A DNA stretch of 64,000 nt from the IMG/VR virus record IMGVR_UViG_3300047323_000545; one strand, written 5' to 3'. The translations under genes were made by a program, and so were the position numbers. Under the pieces are notes generated by a model that worked only from the letters and a program-made list of their open reading frames with translations, searched no databases and was not told where the DNA came from. Every line of letters begins with the position of its first letter. Position 1 is the stretch's first letter. The stretch is from a virus. Shown piece by piece: positions 55,318 through 62,181 of this stretch.

Positions 55318-55494
55318 TCAGGTGGAACGGCCAGGGCAGATGTGCAGGATCCGGAACTTCTCGGCTTCGTAGAGAGAGACCACGACATGACCGTGGCCGC
55401 AGACTCGGTGCGTGCACACGACCTGGTTGACCTCGACGTTGTCCAGGTCAAACTCGACAGACGGTGCAGGACCTTCTTGGGCGCCACCGGACAT
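55318..55494 (-). CDS. 58-aa Cys/His protein (MSGGAQEG...), not in the ORF track
   Basis: Strong AAGGAGG RBS; fills the gap. Confidence 0.45.
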   Translation of the reverse strand: MSGGAQEGPAPSVEFDLDNVEVNQVVCTHRVCGHGHVVVSLYEAEKFRILHICPGRST

Positions 55495-55513
55495 GGCCCC
55501 TCCTTGTTACCGA

Positions 55514-56392
55514 TCAGTAGAAACGGGTGAGCCACCTCGGACGCGCGGCCTCGGACAGCGGCAGCCGGGTGGGCCCCCAACGTCCATAGGCCCCGCCACT
55601 CACGAGGACCCGGGCGGTGCCGAGCCCCATGTGGGCGATCTTGAAGGTGTCAAGCTGGGACTTCAGGACCTCCTGCTCGCCCTGCAGGATCACGCCCCAG
55701 CGGTCCATGTAGTCCCGCCGGTCCAGCCGCGAGACACCGGAGCCGGACTGCACCTCGGGCTGCTCGACGTACGAGCGCATCAGGTGCCGCAGGCACTCCA
55801 CATACAGCGAGGACTCCAGCAGAGAGCCCCACTTGTCCACCGGGAAGCTGGCGCCGCCGTCACCGTCGATCGTGTACGTCTGGTACGGCTGGGCGGCCGT
55901 ATTGAGGCGGCCAACGGCGATCCGCAGCAGCTGCGCGAGGCGGTTCCGGCCGAAGTTGGACTGGACGTACGTCTGCAGGTGCGGGCCTTCGGTGGCGTAG
56001 TCGAACAGGTCGCTGAACCGGTTCCATGTCTGCTCGATCACCCCCTTCATCGAGTCGGCCAGCCGGTCGTACTCCGGGGCCGCCTTGCCGACCTCCAGCC
56101 AGAACCGCCACTCCTCCTCGGACCCAGCCACGGTGTACGTCCACACCAGGACATACGGGCCTGGAGCGGCCGTCTCCTTGGACGACAGGCGCACCGTGTA
56201 CTGGCCGACGCCCGGGTGGTCGGCCGCGCGGGAGAACACCGACGTCTGGGCATCGTCGTCATGCAGGAGCGCCACCGTGACGGCAGCGTCGGCGTCGCCG
56301 GGCGCGCCGTCACGCATGACCTGCAGGCCGAAGTCCCCCGCCGCGTAGCGGGAGATATAGGCCCGGTCGGTGTACTCGTCGGCCGCCATCAC
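55514..56392 (-). CDS. Head-tail connector/neck protein
   Basis: Position in neck module; Ig-like N-half, DRRDYMDRW motif. Confidence 0.55.
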   Translation of the reverse strand: MMAADEYTDRAYISRYAAGDFGLQVMRDGAPGDADAAVTVALLHDDDAQTSVFSRAADHPGVGQYTVRLSSKETAAPGPYVLVWTYTVAGSEEEWRFWLEVGKAAPEYDRLADSMKGVIEQTWNRFSDLFDYATEGPHLQTYVQSNFGRNRLAQLLRIAVGRLNTAAQPYQTYTIDGDGGASFPVDKWGSLLESSLYVECLRHLMRSYVEQPEVQSGSGVSRLDRRDYMDRWGVILQGEQEVLKSQLDTFKIAHMGLGTARVLVSGGAYGRWGPTRLPLSEAARPRWLTRFY

Positions 56393-57048
56393 GTGTCCTG
56401 CGAGTTGACGAGCATCGCCCAGCCACGCACCGACGCCAGGCTCACCGACACCGTCGACGTGGTCGACGTCGGGGTCGTGTAGAAGTGGATGCCGAAGTTG
56501 TGACTGCCCACCCCGACCGTGCGCAGGCCGTCAGCCCCCATCATGTAGTGCCGCGACCAGCCCGCACCGGAGGTGTTCGTCTGCTGCACGCGCATGTACG
56601 ACGAGGTGCTGCCGATCTGGGAGTCACTGCCGTCGACCTGCGGACGTGCTGCGACGTTCGCCGTGTAAATGGACTGGCACTGGAACTCGACCTCCAGGTG
56701 CACCAGGAGCGCACCAGGCCGGTTCACCGTGAAGGTGGCCATCTTGTAGTAGACATGCGTGTCCTTGCCCATCGCGGCGTTGGGCTGCACGTACCCGGTC
56801 CACACCGGCGCTGCGTCGAGGAGCGCCCGCCACGCGGTACCCGTCCACACCAACTCGCGCCGGGTGTCGGTCTCGTAGATGCGCAGACCGGTCTGAGCAC
56901 CGCCCCAGGCGGGCCGGGAGCCGGACGTGCAGACATAGGTGCCCGGGTAGGCGTCGATCTTGCCGTTGTTGTCATTGAAATCTTGGCGGAGGAAGGGATC
57001 GGACTGATCCCACGTCTTCAGCCCCAGCCGTGGTGTCGTACCGGACAT
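56389..57048 (-). CDS. Virion fibre/collar protein
   Basis: TTPRLGL..W...D......FNDN..KID and IYETDT...VWTGTAW motifs. Confidence 0.55.
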   Translation of the reverse strand: MSGTTPRLGLKTWDQSDPFLRQDFNDNNGKIDAYPGTYVCTSGSRPAWGGAQTGLRIYETDTRRELVWTGTAWRALLDAAPVWTGYVQPNAAMGKDTHVYYKMATFTVNRPGALLVHLEVEFQCQSIYTANVAARPQVDGSDSQIGSTSSYMRVQQTNTSGAGWSRHYMMGADGLRTVGVGSHNFGIHFYTTPTSTTSTVSVSLASVRGWAMLVNSQDT

Positions 57049-57109
57049 CGCCGCCCTCTCCTCGTGTCGCCTTCGCCCCTTGGCGGCCGGGAGGCGGGCG
57101 TGAACAGCA

Positions 57110-57145
57110 AGCGGCCCCGTCCCGGAGTCGTGGGACGGGGCCGCT
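57110..57145 (-). terminator. Terminator hairpin after the FN3 gene
   Basis: 14-bp stem AGCGGCCCCGTCCC/GGGACGGGGCCGCT. Confidence 0.6.
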
Positions 57146-57158
57146 CAGCCAGCTGGGA

Positions 57159-58166
57159 TCAGACCACGGTGTAGTTGTTCGACGGAGTCGACGTGGCGCT
57201 CTGCAGCTGGCCGATCGCGGTGACGGTGAACGTGATGACGTTCGACACCGTCAGGCCGGGCACGTTGGCCGTCAGGACGGCCGGGCCGACGTGGACCTTC
57301 TGGCCAGTGGACGCGGTGACGTCGTAGCCGCCGGACGGCTGTCCGGTCGACGGCGCCGTCCAGGTCACGTTGGCGGTGGTCGTCGCACCGGCCGCCACGG
57401 TGGGCTTACCAGGCGCGGTCGGCGCCCCGTACGAGCCCTGCTTGATCGACCCGTCCTGGTTGTAGATCGGGTTCGCGACGTTCTTGGACGACAGCGCCAC
57501 CGGACGGACCTCGTCCTCGTTGTTCGGAGCGACGGCCGCCGCCGAGAACGGGCTGAACGCGCCGTCGCCGTTCCTGTTCACGGCCGCCACGCGGAACTTG
57601 TACGACTGGCCGCCCTTCACGTTGTCGAACCGCCAGCTGGTCACGTTGGCGGGCGCGTAGACGTGGCCGCCGGTGTCCGACTCGATGACGTACTGGGTCA
57701 CCTTGGCGTCCGCACCCGGGTTGGAGACCGGCGTCCAGGACACCGTGATGGACCGGTCCCCAGCGACGGCCGTGGGCGCGGCCGGGGCGACCGGCACAGT
57801 CGTGGTACCGGCCGGGACGGCGCCGAACGCTGCGGTGTCCTGGGTGCCGGACATCAAGAAGAGCGGGTTGATGGGCTGAGTGAGCCCGTTGCCAACCGGC
57901 GAGTCCGTCTTCGTGGTGTCCGCGTTCGCAGCCGCCGGAGGAGCCGACGGCGCCTTGTACGGCTGCTGCTTGTCGATCACCGTGGAGACCGTGGTCTCCT
58001 TGGTACCCGAGATCGCAGTCGACGTCGCCGCCCAGCCACGGGCGTCAACTGCGCCTGCACCGTTGGTTTCGGGCTGCGAGACCGGGCTGGGAGCAGCGCC
58101 CGGCTGACCCTTGGTACCGATCGAACCGTCGGTCTGGTAAGTGCTGGTCTGATCAGTCGCGGCCAT
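57159..58166 (-). CDS. Virion decoration protein with two fibronectin type III domains
   Basis: ITVSWTP...Y.I....YKFRVAAVN..G.G..S, and a second NVTWTAP...FTVTA domain. Confidence 0.75.
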   Translation of the reverse strand: MAATDQTSTYQTDGSIGTKGQPGAAPSPVSQPETNGAGAVDARGWAATSTAISGTKETTVSTVIDKQQPYKAPSAPPAAANADTTKTDSPVGNGLTQPINPLFLMSGTQDTAAFGAVPAGTTTVPVAPAAPTAVAGDRSITVSWTPVSNPGADAKVTQYVIESDTGGHVYAPANVTSWRFDNVKGGQSYKFRVAAVNRNGDGAFSPFSAAAVAPNNEDEVRPVALSSKNVANPIYNQDGSIKQGSYGAPTAPGKPTVAAGATTTANVTWTAPSTGQPSGGYDVTASTGQKVHVGPAVLTANVPGLTVSNVITFTVTAIGQLQSATSTPSNNYTVV

Positions 58167-58180
58167 CGCAGCCCGCTCCT

Positions 58181-58501
58181 TTACTTGTCAGCAGGCGCAG
58201 GCGCCTGCGCCTTCTTGGCCGGGGCACGCTTGGCGCGGGCGGCCGTGGAGGGCTTCTCCTCGACCTTGGCCTCGGCCTCGGGCTCCGTCACCGGCCCAGA
58301 GGGACCGTTTTCGGCCGCCTTCTGCTCCGGCTCGGGCTCTGTCTTGACAGGCGTCTCCTGGGGGATGTGGTCCCCCTCGAAGACCTCGGCGCCGAAGGCG
58401 ACGGCCACATGGTCGAGGTTCGCGTACGGGCTGCCGCCGACGCCGGATGTGTCGAGCGTGCCGGTGACCAGCAGCGCCCGCTCGTGATCGCTCATGCTCA
58501 T
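58181..58501 (-). CDS. Hypothetical protein with low-complexity K/A/P tail
   Basis: High GC3; tightly packed. Confidence 0.55.
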   Translation of the reverse strand: MSMSDHERALLVTGTLDTSGVGGSPYANLDHVAVAFGAEVFEGDHIPQETPVKTEPEPEQKAAENGPSGPVTEPEAEAKVEEKPSTAARAKRAPAKKAQAPAPADK

Positions 58502-58506
58502 GTGAC

Positions 58507-58890
58507 TCACGCCTTGAAGAGGGGTTCGATGACGACACGGAGGGGCTTGTCGACGGCCTTGTAGGACTCGTCGGACTCGTCCCACTCGCTGACCACACGA
58601 ATCGCGGTCAGCGGCTTCTCGTCCTGCGGCTGACGTTCCTTGACGTGGCCGAGCACTCGCAGCAGATCCGGGTCCGCCGAGATGTCGTCGTCGATGACCA
58701 GCACGCCTCGCTGCACCGCCTTCACGAACGGCGCCAGCAGGGCCGTGTCGCGGGAGACGAACTGGATGTCACCGCCAGCCTCGTCGCCCTGGCCCTCGAA
58801 GCGCAGGTACGACTTGGGCTTGTCGGGGTCCGGGGTGACGACGACGACGCCGCCCGACGGGTTGGAAACCTGGAGCTGCTGGACAGGCAT
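58507..58890 (-). CDS. Hypothetical head-associated protein
   Basis: GAGGAGG RBS before ATG 58890; late-type promoter at 58923-58957. Confidence 0.6.
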   Translation of the reverse strand: MPVQQLQVSNPSGGVVVVTPDPDKPKSYLRFEGQGDEAGGDIQFVSRDTALLAPFVKAVQRGVLVIDDDISADPDLLRVLGHVKERQPQDEKPLTAIRVVSEWDESDESYKAVDKPLRVVIEPLFKA

Positions 58891-59042
58891 GATGCCTCCT
58901 CGGTCAAGGGACGGATCCTCCGTCACCCCTTGAGCGGCCCAGCAGCACCCCAGACAGCACTCAACCCCCGGGAAGGGGGAACCCGGGGGTTGAGGCTGGC
59001 GGCCGGAGAACGGAGCCGCAGAGGGCCCACCACAAACCCTCT

Positions 59043-59077
59043 TCACCCCCTATGGATGGAGGCGGCCCGGGAGACAG
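59043..59077 (-). promoter_or_regulatory. Putative late promoter CTGT-N22-AGGGGGTGA with no credible ORF directly downstream
   Basis: Lies 120 bp upstream of a second copy at 58923-58957. Confidence 0.55.
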
Positions 59078-59309
59078 TGACTGTGGCCGAAATTCTCTCC
59101 CGATGACAGAATTACGGATGGTGGGGTTCCAACTACCGCGCGAATGTGTCAAGGTGAGAATATGTCACCCCGCCAGACGACACACCGAGCGCACGCCCGG
59201 CGGTGACCCTGGTCCCCCTTCGGGGGCCAGGGCTCACGACGGTCCCGACCGCCCGCCCACAGGTCGGAGGCCATGAGCCTATGGCGGCGCCCCCGAAGCC
59301 TGTGGGCAT

Positions 59310-59358
59310 GACGGAGGCCCCCTCTGGTCCGTCCTAGGGATCAGAGGGGGCCTTCGTC
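59310..59358. terminator. 21-bp stem hairpin
   Basis: GACGGAGGCCCCCTCTGGTCC/GGATCAGAGGGGGCCTTCGTC. Confidence 0.55.
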
Positions 59359-59360
59359 GA

Positions 59361-59456
59361 TCATGCCAGACCCAGGAGCTTCAGGAGATCCTCGCGGCTG
59401 GCCGGAGGTGGCACCAGGTCCTCCTGCTTCAGGACCACGAACGGGATGTCCTTCTC
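59361..59456 (-). pseudogene. Start-less 3' gene remnant (EKDIPFVVLKQEDLVPPPASREDLLKLLGLA*)
   Basis: 31 codons with strong GC3 bias, stop followed by a hairpin, cut off by the capsid terminator. Confidence 0.4.
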
Positions 59457-59461
59457 ACGGG

Positions 59462-59504
59462 AAAACGAAGATGGGCCCGCCGCCTTGTTGGCGACGAGCC
59501 CACC
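59462..59504 (-). terminator. Intrinsic terminator after the major capsid gene
   Basis: GGTGGGCTCGTCGCC-AACAA-GGCGGCGGGCCCATC followed by TTCGTTTT. Confidence 0.7.
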
Positions 59505-59543
59505 TATCTGCCCTGGTCAGGTGCTATACAGACACCCAGCCAC

Positions 59544-60530
59544 CTAGGACTTAACGATCTTGGCCAAACCCCTGGGGTTCAAGATCAACATGGATACCAT
59601 CTCGTCGAAGACCCAGCCCTTCCAGAAGGACTCGACTCGGTGGTTTTCCTCGACGTCCAGCGAGTACAGGACCGGGAAGACACCCAGGAACTGCGGGTCC
59701 GGCGTCAGGAAGATCGTGTTCTGGGGGATGACGATCGAGCGCTGGATCTGGAACTCGCCGAACGAGGTGATCGTCTCGCCCGCGACGACGCGGTCCTTGA
59801 ACGCCCAGCCGGTCTGGTTGATGTCCCACCGGTACATGTCCCGGTAGTCCATCGGGTTGATGAGGATGCGGCTGGACTGCAGCTCGTGCATGTCCGTCAT
59901 GGAGACGGCCGAGTACAGCGAGCCCGGGGTCAGGTAGCCGCTGGCTTCCGTGATGACGTGGTTCGGGGTGACCGTGTGGTCGGCCCGGCCCGCGTAGTCG
60001 GAGATGGCGGCCTGCAGGATGGTGACGAGGCGGCTGTCCTCCTGCTTGAGGATGGCCTGCTTGGTCTCGTCCTGGGCCTGCTCGACCGCGTTGATGCGGA
60101 GGTAGAGCAGGTCTTCCTTGCGGATGGCCGGGCGCGAGGCGATGCGGAAGAAGCGCACCTGGATGCGCTTGCCTTCGAACGGCGTGATGCGGACTTCGCC
60201 GTCCGTGCCGGACATGATGTACGCCTGTCCGAGGTCGTCCCAGACGTCGTACTCGACCGGGGTACCGGGGGTGCAGGGGTCCTCGACGAGGACGTTGCGG
60301 GTGATGCCCTGGTATCGGAGCTTCAACTGGATCGGGCCGATCATGCCCACGCCGAGGCGCTTGATCCCGTTGACGGAGTCGGAGGCGACGGCCTGGAGGC
60401 GCTGGCGCTTGGCCTCGAAGGAGAGCGGCTGGTTGCCACGAGACTCGCGACGGGCGAGGATCTCGGAGACGTAGTCGTCCGACTTCTTCGCGGTGCGAAC
60501 GTGGCCGGTGGCGGCGGGCGCTGCGGTCAT
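59544..60530 (-). CDS. Major capsid protein (Bxz1/cluster C-like, recognised from memory)
   Basis: SDDYV, RLG..MIGPIQL.LRYQGI.RNVL.ED, RITPFEGKRI, KEDL.YLR, QEDSRL; GAGAGG RBS before ATG 60530. Confidence 0.85.
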   Translation of the reverse strand: MTAAPAATGHVRTAKKSDDYVSEILARRESRGNQPLSFEAKRQRLQAVASDSVNGIKRLGVGMIGPIQLKLRYQGITRNVLVEDPCTPGTPVEYDVWDDLGQAYIMSGTDGEVRITPFEGKRIQVRFFRIASRPAIRKEDLLYLRINAVEQAQDETKQAILKQEDSRLVTILQAAISDYAGRADHTVTPNHVITEASGYLTPGSLYSAVSMTDMHELQSSRILINPMDYRDMYRWDINQTGWAFKDRVVAGETITSFGEFQIQRSIVIPQNTIFLTPDPQFLGVFPVLYSLDVEENHRVESFWKGWVFDEMVSMLILNPRGLAKIVKS

Positions 60531-60564
60531 GGTGAGTTGAGTCCTCTCGCTCGGCTCGGGCGCG

Positions 60565-61077
60565 TTAGCGCAGGCCGCCGATGGTGATCTTGGACGGGGA
60601 GTTGACCTTGAGCAGGCGGCCGACCGGCAGCGCGGAGATCGCGGTGGCGACAGCGCCGTTGGTGGCGAGCGCGAGCTTGCCTCGGCCCGTACCGGCGGTG
60701 ATCGCGTAGACGAGCTTCTCGGTGGTGCCGTTGGGCTCGGTCCAGGTCTGGGTGTCGTCGAACGCGGGTGAGAGGACCTCGAACTGAGCGTCCGAGCCCA
60801 TGACCCACACGGAGGTGGCGTTGACGCCGACGTCGAGCATCGGGTCGAAGCCGTCGCCGCCGACGTAGTCACCGGCGAGGCCGTAGGGGACGCCGGAGGC
60901 GCCGATGAGGCTGACCGTCTCGCCTGCGGTCTGCGACAGGACCATCCCGGGCCAGATCGGGATGCTGCGGTCCCACGCCGGGTCCAGGAACACGGACGCG
61001 GGGGTTGCCTGGGTCCAGGCGTAAAGCGGGCGCAGGGTGCGCTTGATGTGGGCCAGGTTTGCCCGCACGCGGATCAT
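60565..61077 (-). CDS. Capsid decoration/cement-like protein
   Basis: Between scaffold and capsid; KRTLRPLYA..QATP...FLDP.W....IWPGMV. Confidence 0.55.
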   Translation of the reverse strand: MIRVRANLAHIKRTLRPLYAWTQATPASVFLDPAWDRSIPIWPGMVLSQTAGETVSLIGASGVPYGLAGDYVGGDGFDPMLDVGVNATSVWVMGSDAQFEVLSPAFDDTQTWTEPNGTTEKLVYAITAGTGRGKLALATNGAVATAISALPVGRLLKVNSPSKITIGGLR

Positions 61078-61195
61078 GTGTTCCGCCCTCCAGTGGGTCT
61101 CGGCTGGCCGCCGAGATCCGGCAGGCCGTCTTCACCCCCTAGGCGCGGGCAATGGGGGGTGAGACAGTGCCCAACGGCAAGGAATTTCTGGGGAT

Positions 61196-61236
61196 ATACG
61201 AAAGGGCCCGGCGGAAGCCCGCCGAGCCCTTCGTAT
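61196..61236 (-). terminator. Terminator hairpin after the scaffold-like gene
   Basis: ATACGAAGGGCTCGGCGG...CCGCCGGGCCCTTTCGTAT. Confidence 0.6.
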
Positions 61237-61244
61237 TTGGGGGG

Positions 61245-62117
61245 TCAGTCGAACAGGTCGGAGACCTCGTCGGTGCCCGCGAGCGGGGCCGCAGAGGCGG
61301 TCGCGTGGGCCGCCAGGGACGGCGCTACACGCTCTGCGCTGCGGGCCGCGACCCGGGCGCCCGACGGCGCGGTCCGGGCGGAGGCGGCCTTCATGACGCG
61401 GTCCAGGACGCCGATCTCACGGTTGATCAGCTCGTCGGAGAGGCTGGCGTCGGACTCCAGGCGTGCGGACACGGTGAGGTCGTCGCCGCTGGCGATACCG
61501 GCCTGGATCTGCAGGCGGGCCAGGCGCAGGCACGCGTGCGTGCGCGACGGACCACCGCTGGCACCGGCCATCTCACCCGTAGTCACCGGGTTGGAGTTGG
61601 ACTTGTTCTCGCTCATCGTCCAGGGGAAGGCGACGTCCCACTGGGCCGGGTCGCCGACGCGTACGTCGGTTTCGATGCGGGTCTCGTCCAGCGGGACCTC
61701 ACCGGTGTTGACGCCGGAGACCGGGGAGGTGACGTCCTGCAGGTTGCCGTACGGCTCGGCAGGGAGGGTGCCTCCCGGGGTGAGCGCGGTGTCGGTCGCT
61801 GCGGCCGGGACACCGGCGGTGGAGTTGCCGGTCTGGCCCGGGGAGCGGACGTCGTCGTTGGTCTCGGGGGTCGCGGCCTGCTCGGTCGTCTCCGACGGGG
61901 CCTGCTCCGGCCCGTCCGGGATCGGCTGGGCGGGGTTGGCGATGTCGGCCGTCTTGGAGAGGGCTTCGACCTCGCCGGTGACTCCGGCCAGCCGGGCGAT
62001 CAGCGCGATCTGCTTCCCCTGGACGGCGAGCTGCTGAGACTGGGCGGCCAGCTGCTTGCGCTGGTCGTCGATGACCAGCTGCTGGGCGGTCAGCGCTGCC
62101 ATGAGCGGTCGGCTCAT
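61245..62117 (-). CDS. Scaffolding-like protein
   Basis: AAGGAG RBS; acidic disordered centre, helical C-terminus; upstream of capsid. Confidence 0.55.
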   Translation of the reverse strand: MSRPLMAALTAQQLVIDDQRKQLAAQSQQLAVQGKQIALIARLAGVTGEVEALSKTADIANPAQPIPDGPEQAPSETTEQAATPETNDDVRSPGQTGNSTAGVPAAATDTALTPGGTLPAEPYGNLQDVTSPVSGVNTGEVPLDETRIETDVRVGDPAQWDVAFPWTMSENKSNSNPVTTGEMAGASGGPSRTHACLRLARLQIQAGIASGDDLTVSARLESDASLSDELINREIGVLDRVMKAASARTAPSGARVAARSAERVAPSLAAHATASAAPLAGTDEVSDLFD

Positions 62118-62181
62118 ACTGGACACTCCTTCAAAGCCTGTGGCGCTCACGACGGCTGCCGTGGGCGGGGTCTTCACTGCT

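Noticed and set aside
58958-59358. tRNA genes in the structured intergenic regions
   Set aside because: No cloverleaf with a T-loop GTTCRA or D-loop signature was found by eye.
30086-61167. AAGGGGTGA as just a Shine-Dalgarno sequence
   Set aside because: Most downstream genes have a separate GGAG(G) RBS, the distance to start codons varies, and CTGT is conserved 21-23 nt upstream.
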